A DNA stretch of 64,000 nt from Gemmatimonadaceae bacterium (GTDB lineage: Bacteria; Gemmatimonadota; Gemmatimonadetes; Gemmatimonadales; Gemmatimonadaceae), in assembly GCA_052389995.1 (NCBI GenBank), contig JBQTHJ010000040.1, forward strand, positions 9,491-73,490, given 5' to 3'. The stretch's first letter is position 1. Each line of letters begins with the position of its first letter. A program made the translations under genes and the position numbers. Positions 43,837-53,676 of the stretch are shown one piece after another. Under the pieces are notes generated by a model that saw only the letters and a program-made list of their open reading frames with translations, made no database searches and had not been told where the DNA came from.

Positions 43837-45378
43837 GTGAAGCTCGCTGCGCTCGTCCACACGTCCAACGTTGTCGCGGCGGCATCGGGACGATTGGAGA
43901 AGACGTCCACGCTCGCCGCATTCCTGAAGCAGCTCACGTCCGACGAAGTCGCGATCGCGATCGGCTTCTTCATCGGCTGGCCGCGGCAGGGACGCATTGG
44001 CGTCGGCTGGGCGACCGTAGCCGACGCGAGCGCCAGCGAGCCCGCGCTGAGCGCGACGCTCGAGCTCGGAGAGGTCGATCGTGCTTTCGACGCGCTGCAA
44101 GCCGCCAAAGGGAAAGGCTCGGCGGCGGGGCGGCAGCGCATTCTGCGCGAGCTCTTCGCCCGCGCGACTCCTGATGAGCAGCGATTTCTCTCGGCGCTCG
44201 TGGTGGGCGACGTCCGGCAGGGAGCGCTCGAGGGAGTAATGCTGGAAGCGGTGGCGAAGGCCGCCGGCGTGCCGCCGGCGAAGCTGCGGCGAGCGGTGAT
44301 GCTCGCCGGTGATCTGGGCGCGGTGGCGATTGCTGTCTGTTCCGGTGGCGAAGCGGCGCTCACCGCGCTCGCGAGCTACCGATTGGAGCTCTTTCGTCCC
44401 GTGCAGCCGATGCTCGCCGACTCGGCCTCGGACGTGGGCGAGGCGTTAGGCGTCAGTGGCGCTGCGGCGGTCGAGTGGAAGCTCGACGGGGCGCGCATCC
44501 AGGTCCACCGCGCGGGCGATCGCGTGGCCGTGTACACGCGGAATCTGAACGACGTCACGATCCGGGTGCCGGAGGTCGTAGAGGCGGTGTGTGGGTTCGC
44601 GGCGCACGAGCTGATTCTGGATGGTGAGGTCATCGCGCTCGCGGCTTCGGGTCGTCCGCTCTCGTTTCAGGACACGATGAGACGATTCGGACGGCGGCTC
44701 GACGTCGCGGCGATGCGGTCCGAGCTACCGCTCACGCCGTACTTCTTCGACGTACTGTATCACGACGGAGAGGACGTGCTCGATCGTCCGCTGTCATCTC
44801 GCCTGGACCTGCTCGACGCGATCGTCCCGCGTGCCTCTCGAGTCCCCCGTGTGATTACCGGCGATGTGGACGAAGCGAAGCGGTGGCAGCGTGGCGCCCT
44901 CGATCGCGGGCACGAAGGCGTGATGGTGAAGTCGCTGGCGGCGCCGTACGCCGCCGGCCGGCGCGGCTCGGCGTGGATCAAGGTCAAGACGGCACGTACG
45001 CTCGATCTCGTCGTGCTCGCGGTCGAGTGGGGATCGGGACGACGTCAGGGCTGGCTGAGCAATCTCCACCTCGGCGCGCGCGATCCGGCGACGGGCCAGT
45101 TCGTCATGCTCGGCAAGACGTTCAAGGGACTGACGGACGAGCTGCTCGAGTGGCAGACGAGAGAGCTCCTCGCGCGCGAGACGCATCGCGACGGTCACGT
45201 CGTCTACGTGCGGCCCGAGCTCGTGGTGGAGATCGCGTTCAACGAGGTGCAGAAGAGTCCGCACTATCCGGGCGGCGTCGCGCTGCGGTTTGCGCGCGTG
45301 AAAAGCTATCGGCCGGACAAGCCTCCGAGGGACGCGGATACGATTGAGGCGGTCAGAGCGTTCCTGCCGGACCCATGA
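43837..45378 (+). CDS. ATP-dependent DNA ligase
   Basis: Adenylation motif I EWKLDGARIQVH, further motifs LDGEVIA and EGVMVK, and an OB-fold C-terminus. Start set at the in-frame GTG 43837 (VKLAALVHTSN...) because upstream codons look non-coding. Start uncertain. Confidence 0.85.
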   Translation: MKLAALVHTSNVVAAASGRLEKTSTLAAFLKQLTSDEVAIAIGFFIGWPRQGRIGVGWATVADASASEPALSATLELGEVDRAFDALQAAKGKGSAAGRQRILRELFARATPDEQRFLSALVVGDVRQGALEGVMLEAVAKAAGVPPAKLRRAVMLAGDLGAVAIAVCSGGEAALTALASYRLELFRPVQPMLADSASDVGEALGVSGAAAVEWKLDGARIQVHRAGDRVAVYTRNLNDVTIRVPEVVEAVCGFAAHELILDGEVIALAASGRPLSFQDTMRRFGRRLDVAAMRSELPLTPYFFDVLYHDGEDVLDRPLSSRLDLLDAIVPRASRVPRVITGDVDEAKRWQRGALDRGHEGVMVKSLAAPYAAGRRGSAWIKVKTARTLDLVVLAVEWGSGRRQGWLSNLHLGARDPATGQFVMLGKTFKGLTDELLEWQTRELLARETHRDGHVVYVRPELVVEIAFNEVQKSPHYPGGVALRFARVKSYRPDKPPRDADTIEAVRAFLPDP

Positions 45379-45521
45379 CGTGATCGAAAGACACCGTGTG
45401 TTTCCGGCCGCTCACATACTGAGGTTTGCTCGATGGGCGTTGTCGTCTGCTCGTGTTCGGCCTTGTACTCGGATCTGCCGCGCGTACGTTCGGGAGACTT
45501 CCACGATGCGGCCAGGCGCCC

Positions 45522-45839
45522 ATGCTCGTCGTTCACGTGTTCGTCCACGTCAAGGCGGAAGCTGTCGATCGATTCATCGCCGCTACGCGCGAGAACGCGC
45601 GGAACAGTGTTCTCGAGCCGGGGGTCATGCGCTTCGACGTCGTCCAGCAGGAGAACGATCCCACGCGTTTCGTTCTCGTGGAGGTCTACCGCAACCCGGA
45701 AGCTCCGGCACGCCACAAGGAGACCGCACACTACGCGACGTGGCGTGAGGCCGCAGAGCCGATGATGGCCGAGCCGCGTCGCAGCGTGAAGTACCGCGCA
45801 CTCTCTCCCGAGCCGGATGGGTGGGAGATGCCCCGGTGA
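45522..45839 (+). CDS. Antibiotic-biosynthesis-monooxygenase (ABM) domain protein
   Basis: The internal ATG at 45522 gives [50 protein letters not shown], the ferredoxin-like ABM pattern. Confidence 0.8.
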   Translation: MLVVHVFVHVKAEAVDRFIAATRENARNSVLEPGVMRFDVVQQENDPTRFVLVEVYRNPEAPARHKETAHYATWREAAEPMMAEPRRSVKYRALSPEPDGWEMPR

Positions 45840-46987
45840 ATTTCGAGTTCGCCTCTCCGACCCGGATACTCTTCGGCGAAGGGAGGCTTAGCGAAGCGGG
45901 CGCGTTGGCGGCGAGCATGGGCTCGCGAGCGCTCGTCGTCGAGGGCGGCTCGAATCGCGCCGCGCCCCTGGTGGAACTGCTGCATGCGCGTGGGGTTGCG
46001 ACGACATCGCTGTGCGTCTCGGGCGAGCCGACGACTGCGCTCGTCGAGTGCGGTGTCGAGCGCGCGCGGGCTGAACGGTGCGATCTCGTGGTTGCGCTCG
46101 GCGGCGGCAGCGTCATCGATGCGGGAAAGGCAGTCGCCGCGCTGCTCACCAACTCCGAACCGCTGCGCGATTACCTGGAGGTCGTTGGCGAAGGGCGGCC
46201 GCTCACGCAACGCGCGGCCCCATTCATGGCCATCCCGACGACAGCAGGAACCGGCGCAGAGGTCACCCGCAACGCCGTGTTGATGGTCGAGCAGGCGCGC
46301 GTGAAGGTGAGCCTTCGCAGTCCGCTCATCCTCGCCGCCGTCGCGCTGATCGATCCCGAGCTGACCTACACGCTGCCGCCGGCGGTTACCGCCAGCACGG
46401 GGCTCGATGCGTTGACGCAGTGCATCGAGCCGTTCGTCTCGCCATATGCCAACCCGCTCTCCGACGCGGTTGCGCGAGAGGGGATGCGGCGTGCTGCGAA
46501 CGGACTGCGGCGCGCGTACCGCGATGGCACCGACGTGGAGGCGAGGCGCGACATGGCGGTCGCGAGTCTTTGCGGCGGTCTCGCGCTCGCGAACGCGAAG
46601 CTCGGTGCGGTGCACGGCTTCGCGGCGCCGTTAGGCGGGATGTTCCCGATTCCGCACGGCGTTGCGTGCGCGCGGCTCCTCGCTCCGGTCGTGGAAGCCA
46701 ACGTGCGGGCTCTTCGAGCCCGAGCGCCAGCCTCCTCAGCCCTCGAGCGCTACGAAGAGGCGGCGCGGCTCCTTACCGGCGATGCGAATGCGCGTGCCGA
46801 AGACGGGGCAGCGTGGCTCGCGGAGCTCATCGAAGAGATGGCGGTACCGCGGCTCAGCGGCTATGGCGTGGCGGAGGCTGACATCCCGCGGATCGTCGAG
46901 CAGGCCCGGCGCGCCAGCAGCATGCGGGGGAACCCGATCGCGCTCAGCGGCCAAGAGCTTGGGGAGGCCCTGCGTCTCGCGACGTAG
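45821..46987 (+). CDS. Iron-containing alcohol dehydrogenase
   Basis: [26 protein letters not shown] and the HG..H metal-ligand region ([20 protein letters not shown]) are present. The GTG at 45836 overlaps the ABM stop as GTGA and is an alternative start. Confidence 0.88.
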   Translation: MGDAPVNFEFASPTRILFGEGRLSEAGALAASMGSRALVVEGGSNRAAPLVELLHARGVATTSLCVSGEPTTALVECGVERARAERCDLVVALGGGSVIDAGKAVAALLTNSEPLRDYLEVVGEGRPLTQRAAPFMAIPTTAGTGAEVTRNAVLMVEQARVKVSLRSPLILAAVALIDPELTYTLPPAVTASTGLDALTQCIEPFVSPYANPLSDAVAREGMRRAANGLRRAYRDGTDVEARRDMAVASLCGGLALANAKLGAVHGFAAPLGGMFPIPHGVACARLLAPVVEANVRALRARAPASSALERYEEAARLLTGDANARAEDGAAWLAELIEEMAVPRLSGYGVAEADIPRIVEQARRASSMRGNPIALSGQELGEALRLAT

Positions 46988-47108
46988 CTTTCTCCGCAGC
47001 GCACGAGGGATCGGTGTGCGCGGCAACGCTGAGGTGATGGGCTCGGAGGCAGGTGCGCGATAGTTGCCACGTGTGCTCTTGCCTCCCCTCACGCCGAGCG
47101 AACAGACT

Positions 47109-47668
47109 ATGGGCATGCCGCTGCCTGTGCCGCGTCTCACGATCGACATGCTCGACGAGCTTCCGGACGACGGGACCCGGTACGAGCTGCTCGACGGCTT
47201 CCTGCTCGTGACGCCCCCGCCAAGCAATGCGCATCAGATCGTTGCCACGCGGCTGGCTGCGATGCTCTCCGTGGCGCTCGAAGGTGCCGCCGCGCGCGTC
47301 GTCGCGGTGGGTGCGATCCAACGCGGCAACGATACGCAATTACAACCCGACGTGCTTGTCTACCCGTCGTCGTTCGTGCCGACTGCTCACTGGCGGGAGA
47401 TCCGCGGGTGGTGGCTTGCCGTCGAAGTCCTGAGCCCCTCATCTCGCTTGTATGATCGGGAAGTAAAGCGCGGAGCGTATCTGGCGCTGGGTGTCGAGGA
47501 GTATTGGATCGTCGATCCCGACGACTGCTGCGTCGGCATCTGGTCGGCGAACCGCCCGGAACTCTGCGCGAGACGACGGAGCTCGTTTGGCGGCCGGCGG
47601 GACTCGATCGGGCAGTCGTGATCGATCTTCACCAGCTGTTCGATGAGGTCTGCGAACCCGCGAAATAG
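47109..47668 (+). pseudogene. Uma2-family (DUF820) endonuclease, C-terminus shifted to another frame
   Basis: Frame 0 gives YELLDGFLLVTPPP, LQPDVLVY, VEVLSPSS and EYWIVDP, then junk and a stop at 47621. The expected family C-terminus (TELVWRPAGLDRAVVIDLHQLFDEV) is in the -1 frame and ends at 47668. The break lies between about 47541 and 47552. Confidence 0.7.
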
Positions 47669-47698
47669 ATCGGGAGGCGCCGACGCCTATCTAATTCC

Positions 47699-48466
47699 TC
47701 ATGGCCGCAGCACGGATTCGAGCAGGTCGATCGCCCGCGGATCGCCGCTCTGCCCCAGCCAGAAGAGGGCCTTGCTTCGCACGCGCCAACTCTGATTGGA
47801 CCGGGCGATCTCGAGCAGCTGCGGGATGCCTTCATCGTGTGGCAGCTGTGACACAACGAAGACCGCGTGCGATTTGAGGTCGTCGTCCTCGCTCTCCGGC
47901 TCTTCATCCTCCGCGAACGGGTTGTTGGGACGCCCCGCGAGAGCGGCGCTGGCGAATCGCGAGAGCCAGAAGAGCGCGTCCTGCCGCGTCGACTTCGACC
48001 GTGTGTCGGCGTCTCGCGCGATCGGGAAGAGCGCAGGCCATACGGTTGCGCTGTCGGCGAGGACCGCGGGGAAGATCGCCTTCGAGCTGGCCTTTGCCGT
48101 CCCGCGTGCGGCGATCGTCATGAGGTAGCGTGCGGCCTCGGGCGCGGACACCTCTCCCAGGTCGCGCGCGCCGCGCGACCGGAGTGGACCCACCCAGCTT
48201 TCGACGCGTTGGACGGCGCCGTCCTCGATCGTAAGGCGGACTTGCGCCGGCCCGAAAATGCACGGCTCCATTCGACGGTTGCTGGCCCACGACCCGTGAA
48301 ACGTCCGAGGGCCCGTCCTGACGAAGGACTCGCCGTCGCCGCATACGCCGGCGCGCGCCGCGTAATGAAAGGTGACGGCTCCGTGGTCGACCGCCGCAAC
48401 ACGAGACGCGAGCGACTGCGCCTGGAGCGGTGTCACCATTAGGAATATTGAGGCAGCGAGCTTCAT
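47699..48466 (-). CDS. Secreted HEAT-repeat protein (paralogue 1)
   Basis: Signal peptide MKLAASIFLMVTPLQAQ. N-terminal Cys-containing module shared with the next gene. C-terminal R..ALFWLGQ HEAT-like repeats. The start overlaps the upstream stop (ATGA). Confidence 0.75.
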   Translation of the reverse strand: MKLAASIFLMVTPLQAQSLASRVAAVDHGAVTFHYAARAGVCGDGESFVRTGPRTFHGSWASNRRMEPCIFGPAQVRLTIEDGAVQRVESWVGPLRSRGARDLGEVSAPEAARYLMTIAARGTAKASSKAIFPAVLADSATVWPALFPIARDADTRSKSTRQDALFWLSRFASAALAGRPNNPFAEDEEPESEDDDLKSHAVFVVSQLPHDEGIPQLLEIARSNQSWRVRSKALFWLGQSGDPRAIDLLESVLRP

Positions 48467-49782
48467 GGCCGCTTCCTCGTTCCTCGGTCCTCGTTCCCCA
48501 GCACCAGCTCGGCGATCAGCTTCTCGATTCGAGGATCGTCCTTCTGCGCCAGCCAGAAGAGCGCCTTGCCGCGCAGCTCGGTGTCGGTGTCGGATCGCGC
48601 GATGCGCAGCAGCTCGTCGATGGCGGCTTCGTCCTCTCGCTGGGAGAGCACGAAGATCGCGTGCTCGCGGAGCTTGCTGTCGTCAACGTCGCGGTAGATG
48701 CGCACGAGCTCGCCGGTGGGTGTCGCCTCGCGCTGCCCAGCCCAGAAGAGCGCCTTCTTTCGCAGCTCGAACGCCTCGCGCTCGTCGAGCGCGCGCTCGA
48801 TAAGCCAGCGTCCTCCATCGCGCTCGTCTTCCTGCATCCCCTGGATGATGGCTTCCTTGGCCTCCTTGTCATCGATGCGCGAATAGAGGTTCCGCAGGTA
48901 TGCGAACTCCGACGCCGGCGCGTCGCCGTGCGTCAGCGAGAAGATGGCGTGCGACCGCACGCGGCCATCCTCGTTCTCGTTCTCGATCACCGCGCGCAGC
49001 GTGCGGCGCGCGCTCTCGCTTCCGTTTTGGCCGAGCCAAAAGACCGCCTGACGGCGTGTCTCGACGTTCCCATTCCTCGAGAGATCGATCAGTGCGGGAA
49101 TTCCCGCGTCCCCCTCGAGCGAACCGAGCGCCGCCATCGCCGTGTTCCCGAGTCCCTTCTTTCTCGCCTTGCCTTCGCTTGCATCTTCGCGTGCGAACCG
49201 GACGAGCGCGGGGACGACACTCGCGTCGCCGAGTAGGCCGAGCCACATGATGGCGCTGCGACGTGTGTGCTCGGTGCGTCGGTCGTCCCGCGCGAGCGCG
49301 AGTAGCGGTTCAATGACCGGGACATCGTCGGCGAGCACCGCCGGGATGAGCAGGCGATCCTTTGCGCGCGCCGACTCCAACTTCGGCACGAGTGAAAAGA
49401 AGTACGACGACGCCTCGTCAGGCCGCACGGCACCGAGATCGGTTACGCGCGACTCGGAGTCCGACCAGGAGCCTGCAACCTGTGTCCGCAGCTGCGTGAC
49501 CTGGCCGTCGGCGACGGTGAGCGTCACGCGCAGTGGCCCGGGCTCGCAGCGGTTGCTGTTCCAGTGTCCGCCGAACGACTGAAAGTTGCGGGCGAAGACC
49601 GCGCTTCTGTATCCGATGAGGTCGCGACCGTCTCCGCACACGCCCACGCGGCTGTCCACCTGCATGCGGACCGCGCCATCGGGCGCCTGTGCCACGCGCG
49701 ATGCCAGCGATTGTGCGCCGAGCGGAGCGACGAACGCGACAGCGAGCGCGGCGGACCTAACGGCAGTCATGGTGATATGCAT
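48463..49782 (-). CDS. Secreted HEAT-repeat protein (paralogue 2)
   Basis: Signal peptide. The N-terminal module GVCGDG...C.PGP..V.LT..DG.V is shared with paralogue 1. At least seven repeats of the R..A.FWLGQ type. Confidence 0.8.
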   Translation of the reverse strand: MHITMTAVRSAALAVAFVAPLGAQSLASRVAQAPDGAVRMQVDSRVGVCGDGRDLIGYRSAVFARNFQSFGGHWNSNRCEPGPLRVTLTVADGQVTQLRTQVAGSWSDSESRVTDLGAVRPDEASSYFFSLVPKLESARAKDRLLIPAVLADDVPVIEPLLALARDDRRTEHTRRSAIMWLGLLGDASVVPALVRFAREDASEGKARKKGLGNTAMAALGSLEGDAGIPALIDLSRNGNVETRRQAVFWLGQNGSESARRTLRAVIENENEDGRVRSHAIFSLTHGDAPASEFAYLRNLYSRIDDKEAKEAIIQGMQEDERDGGRWLIERALDEREAFELRKKALFWAGQREATPTGELVRIYRDVDDSKLREHAIFVLSQREDEAAIDELLRIARSDTDTELRGKALFWLAQKDDPRIEKLIAELVLGNEDRGTRKRP

Positions 49783-49786
49783 GCGA

Positions 49787-51187
49787 TCACGGGCGGTTGA
49801 GAATGTCGATGAGAATCTGCTTGACGCGCGGATCGTTCTTCTGGCCGAGCCAGAACAGCGCCTTCTTCCGCATCTCTTTGTTCGGATCCTTCTGCGCGAT
49901 CTTGATGAGCTTGTCAGTCGCGGCGCGATCGCGCGATGCCGACATCACCCAGATCAGTTTCTCCTTGACTTCGGAGTCCGACACCCGGTCGTAGACCGTC
50001 ACCAGCTCGCTGCCCGGGATGCCTGCCTCTCCGGCGGTCCAGAGCGCGTGTCCGCGGAGCTCGGAGCTGTTCGACTCATCGAGCGCGATGTTGAGCAGCC
50101 AGCGGTCGTTCCCGAACCCGTCCATCTGGGAGAGCGAGAACAGGATCTTCTTTCGGGCCTCCTCACTTCGAGCTTTCCCGAACAAGGAGCGCAGAAACTC
50201 CGCGTTCTCCTGCGACTCGCGCTGCCCGATCCAGAAGATCGCCTTCTCCCGGACGCTCTCGGGCGTTTCCGCACTTTCGGCCAGACGGCGGAGCAACGCA
50301 TCGGCGCGCGGCGATTCCTGGTCGTGCAGTGCCTGGATCGCCTTCTCGCGGAGCTCCATGTCCGGCGACGACGTTGCGATCTCCTCGAGCGCCGCCGCCG
50401 CTCGCTCCGAGTGGACATGGCCTAACCAGAACACCGCCTTCTCGCGGACGGATCGGGCGGGGTCGTTGTTCAAGACGTCGAGCAGCAGCGTCTCCGTCGC
50501 GGGCGATTCATTCTGGGAGAGGAGGAACACCGCCTTCTCGCGTAGCTCGACGGAGCACTCGTCGCGCTTCTGAAGCACCTGTCTAATGATGGGAAGCGCA
50601 CTCTCGGCGTCCATCTGGAGCAGCGCGTTCATCGCCGCCGCGCGGATCTCGTTGTCCTCGTCATTGCGGTCGCACGGCTGCGACGCGGCGCGCGTCACCT
50701 CCTCGGCCGCCTCCACGTCGCCTCGCCTGGCGAGCACGCCCCGGATGCGAATGGCGAGCTCTCTCCCATCCGCAATCGTCGACGCCCGCGAGAAACGCCG
50801 TTGCTGCGCCTCGAGCGCTTTCAACGCCTCGCGCAGATCGTCCTCCCTCCCGGACTTGTAGAGCGCGAAGGCGCGCCAGTACGGCGCATCGGGGGCGTAC
50901 TCGGAGCGCGAATGCTTTTCACTGATCTCGGCGAAGAGCCTGGCGGCGCGGCGGAAGTCGCCACGATTGATCGCTTCGCGACCGAGGCGATACAGGGAAT
51001 CGGCTGGATCCGCGCGGGCCCAGGGCTCCGGCGGTGTCGTAGCGAAGTCCGGCTCCAGCGCGACGACCGCGGACACGACATCCGCGCCGGTCGCCATGGC
51101 ATGAGGCGTTAGGCCGGGAAACTCGGCGAGCAGGGCGACGGCGGCTGCGGGGATGAGAAGTCGGATAATCATTGGTGGGGTCCTCAA
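49787..51187 (-). CDS. Secreted TPR-like plus HEAT-repeat protein (paralogue 3)
   Basis: N-terminal hydrophobic segment, a TPR/YbgF-like stretch (LYRLGREAINRGDFRRAARLFAEI), then repeated REKA.F.L.Q HEAT-like units. The start overlaps the anti-sigma stop (ATGA). Confidence 0.8.
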   Translation of the reverse strand: MRTPPMIIRLLIPAAAVALLAEFPGLTPHAMATGADVVSAVVALEPDFATTPPEPWARADPADSLYRLGREAINRGDFRRAARLFAEISEKHSRSEYAPDAPYWRAFALYKSGREDDLREALKALEAQQRRFSRASTIADGRELAIRIRGVLARRGDVEAAEEVTRAASQPCDRNDEDNEIRAAAMNALLQMDAESALPIIRQVLQKRDECSVELREKAVFLLSQNESPATETLLLDVLNNDPARSVREKAVFWLGHVHSERAAAALEEIATSSPDMELREKAIQALHDQESPRADALLRRLAESAETPESVREKAIFWIGQRESQENAEFLRSLFGKARSEEARKKILFSLSQMDGFGNDRWLLNIALDESNSSELRGHALWTAGEAGIPGSELVTVYDRVSDSEVKEKLIWVMSASRDRAATDKLIKIAQKDPNKEMRKKALFWLGQKNDPRVKQILIDILNRP

Positions 51188-51921
51188 ACGCCTGATGCGG
51201 CGCCCGCGCCGGGCGTGCCGGCCGGAACCGCGTTGCGGATTCGTGGGAGCAGGTCGCTGCGCTCGAGCGCGCCTTCGACGAGCGCGCGGTCGGTTGCGTC
51301 GAGCTGGCCGCCGGAGAGTTGAATGAGCTGCACGAGCACGAGCTCGAGATCGTCGAGCAGCGCACGGAGCTGCGGGTCCTCTCCGGCGGGTGAGTCGATG
51401 AGCAGACGCGTGCTGCCGAGTACCTGGCGTCCCCAGGTGCCGAGCTGTCGGAGATCGACGGAGCGGTGCTCGGATGCGCTGCTCGCGCGGAATGCGGTGA
51501 GAAGCGCTTCGGCCTGCGTGAGCGTCTGCGAGGCAGCCATGCGATAGAGGCGCGCCGGGTCAGGCGAGTCCGATGGCGTCTCCGGGGCTGCGGCGATCGG
51601 TGGGCTTGCACGATCGGCGCTTTGGAGTGCGAAACGATCGATGGCGACGCCGAGCAGCAGTGCGGCGGCGATGGCCGACAGGAAGATCCATGGCGTGCGG
51701 CGGCGTGGAGGGGCGCCGGCGGTGCGGCGCGCCGTCTGAATCGCCGCCCACATCTCGAGGCGCGGTGCGGCCTTCTGCGGAGCGTTCAGGGTTGGCCCGA
51801 CTTTCGTGATCCACGCATCGAACGCCGGATCGTCGTGAGGCACGACGTCCTCGTCCGGTCCGAAGTCGACGGGGTCCAGGTTGTTGCGATCGTCGTTCAT
51901 GGCATTCTTCATGGTTTCCAT
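51184..51921 (-). CDS. Putative membrane-anchored anti-sigma factor
   Basis: Lies immediately downstream of, and overlapping, the ECF sigma gene. It has a single central TM (PWIFLSAIAAALLLGVAI). No zf-HC2 cysteines seen, so the assignment rests on position and topology. Confidence 0.6.
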   Translation of the reverse strand: METMKNAMNDDRNNLDPVDFGPDEDVVPHDDPAFDAWITKVGPTLNAPQKAAPRLEMWAAIQTARRTAGAPPRRRTPWIFLSAIAAALLLGVAIDRFALQSADRASPPIAAAPETPSDSPDPARLYRMAASQTLTQAEALLTAFRASSASEHRSVDLRQLGTWGRQVLGSTRLLIDSPAGEDPQLRALLDDLELVLVQLIQLSGGQLDATDRALVEGALERSDLLPRIRNAVPAGTPGAGAASGV

Positions 51922-52496
51922 TCCTCCGCGAACTGCGCGAGCGCGATGCGAAGCTTTCCGCGGGCGCGCGCGAGCTGCGCCTTCGACGTCCCTGCCGTCA
52001 CTCCGAGTGCGGCGCCGATCTCTTCGTGCGTGTAGCCTTCAGCGTCATGCATCAGGAACACCGCGCGACATCCCTCAGGCAGTTCGTTCACTGCTTTCAT
52101 CACCTTCGCGTGCAGAACCGGGTCCGACCGCGGCGCGGATTGCGCGAGCTCGTCCGCGTCCTCGAGCGGCGCACTTCGAGCTCTTTCTCTCTTGAGGCGC
52201 CTGAGCTCGTTGAGCGACACTGACACTGCAATCGTGTGCAACCAGGTCCCGAACGCCGACTCTTCCCGAAATGCCTCGATCCGCTGAAAGGCGCGAACGA
52301 AGGTGTCCTGCGTGAGCTCGCGCGCGAGGTGCTCGACTCCGGTCAGCCGGTGGATCACCCGGTAGATCTGCTCCACGTGCGTGTCGTACAGAGCCCGGTG
52401 GGCGGATGCGTCACCCCGGCGGGCACGCTCGATGAGCGCCCGCTGATTCGCGAGCGCGGGCGCTCGGTCCAGAGCCAGGGTGCTATCCGTCTCCAT
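51909..52496 (-). CDS. ECF-type RNA polymerase sigma factor (sigma-70 group 4)
   Basis: Start at ATG 52496 (METDSTLALD). Region 2 motif YRVIHRLTG..LARELTQDTFVRAF. Region 4 HTH CRAVFLMHDAEGYTHEEIGAALGVTAGTSKAQLARAR. Confidence 0.9.
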   Translation of the reverse strand: METDSTLALDRAPALANQRALIERARRGDASAHRALYDTHVEQIYRVIHRLTGVEHLARELTQDTFVRAFQRIEAFREESAFGTWLHTIAVSVSLNELRRLKRERARSAPLEDADELAQSAPRSDPVLHAKVMKAVNELPEGCRAVFLMHDAEGYTHEEIGAALGVTAGTSKAQLARARGKLRIALAQFAEEWKP

Positions 52497-52551
52497 GTCT
52501 CGCCCGTGGGACAACGGGAGGCCAAAAAGGGTTGATTGGGGAGAGGCGCCC

Positions 52552-52576
52552 AACGGGGCTAGGAAGACCCAGTTCT
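52552..52576 (-). promoter_or_regulatory. Possible ECF-type autoregulated promoter
   Basis: Minus strand: AGAAC (52576..52572), 16-nt spacer, CGTT (52555..52552), about 55 nt upstream of the sigma-factor ATG. This resembles the generic GAAC-N16-CGT ECF architecture. Confidence 0.25.
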
Positions 52577-53221
52577 TGACTCGCGGTGGGAGGTGAATTT
52601 CATCACCGGACCGAAGACCCGGAGAGTCTAGAGACCTGGTGCAGGTGCTGCATTCGGCCACTACGTCAAGCACGTGCCCGTCAGCGACATCGACGGCTAC
52701 GATGGAGACGCATACGGGCATCGGAAGTTTAGCCGACCGTCGCTTACAAGACTGGCCATGTGCCTACGACAATCATGCTTCGGTGGCCACGGACGATACT
52801 GGCGTTCGGTGGCGAGAAGGCTGAATCGAGCCCTGCGGAGCCTCGCCCTCTCCACACTCGAGAGTGATCTCATCGAGCGTTGGTGAACGTAGAACATTCC
52901 TCGCCAATTCCTGGACGAGGTACGTCCCGCGTGGATAGTACTCCGACTCCTCCGTGCACCGTTAGGGCCAGGAGAGGGCCAAAGTGGCGATAGTAAGAAA
53001 TGTGGTCGTCGCCCGCGTAGCCGCAGACGACGATGTTCCGCGTGCACGACAATGTTCAGGCTGGGCGTCGCGTGGCGGAGCACGCGCGAAGGATCTTGAA
53101 ACAATCCTGACAGAGGAGCAGTGGACAACCTGCCGTCGAACATGAAGAATCAGCTCATGCCGCAGCGCAGACAGCCCGGTGTGGATCCGGGGCGAATCGA
53201 GATGTACGGGCCGCCCCCGGA

Positions 53222-53653
53222 ATGACGACGGCGCCCAACGTCCGACAGGCCGTGCCGTTCTTCCTCGTGGCGAGCATCGAGGAATCCGTCCGGTTCTACG
53301 TGGACGGACTTGGCTTCGAGATGACCCACACATGGGTCCCCGAGGGAAAGCTGCGCTGGTGCTGGCTTCAGCGCGGCGGTGGGGCGCTGATGCTCCAGGA
53401 GTTCCGCAAGGATGTGTGGACACCCCGCGGGAAGCTGGGGGAAGGCGTGTCGATCTACTTCATCTGCGACGACGCCCTGGCGATCTACCGCGAGGTGAAG
53501 GCACGCGATCTCGCGCCCTCGACGCCGTTCGTCGGTAACGGAATGTGGGTGACGTCGTTGTCGGACCCTGACGGCTACGAGATCTTCTTCGAGAGTCCGA
53601 CCGATGCTCCGGAAGAGTCCGAGGTTTCCGAACAGTCGGAGCAAATGACATAG
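53222..53653 (+). CDS. VOC-family (glyoxalase/bleomycin-resistance fold) protein
   Basis: VPFFLVASIEESVRFYVDGLGFEM and the paired beta-alpha-beta-beta-beta pattern. 143 aa. Confidence 0.85.
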   Translation: MTTAPNVRQAVPFFLVASIEESVRFYVDGLGFEMTHTWVPEGKLRWCWLQRGGGALMLQEFRKDVWTPRGKLGEGVSIYFICDDALAIYREVKARDLAPSTPFVGNGMWVTSLSDPDGYEIFFESPTDAPEESEVSEQSEQMT

Positions 53654-53676
53654 CTTGCCTGCGACAGGAGGCTGTC

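Noticed and set aside
52870-53052. The NIVVCGYAGDDHISYY fragment might be a remnant of a second SIR2-like gene, since it resembles the hhhhGYSxxD motif.
   Set aside because: A single short motif-like string in a broken frame is insufficient. It is reported only as part of the decayed tract.
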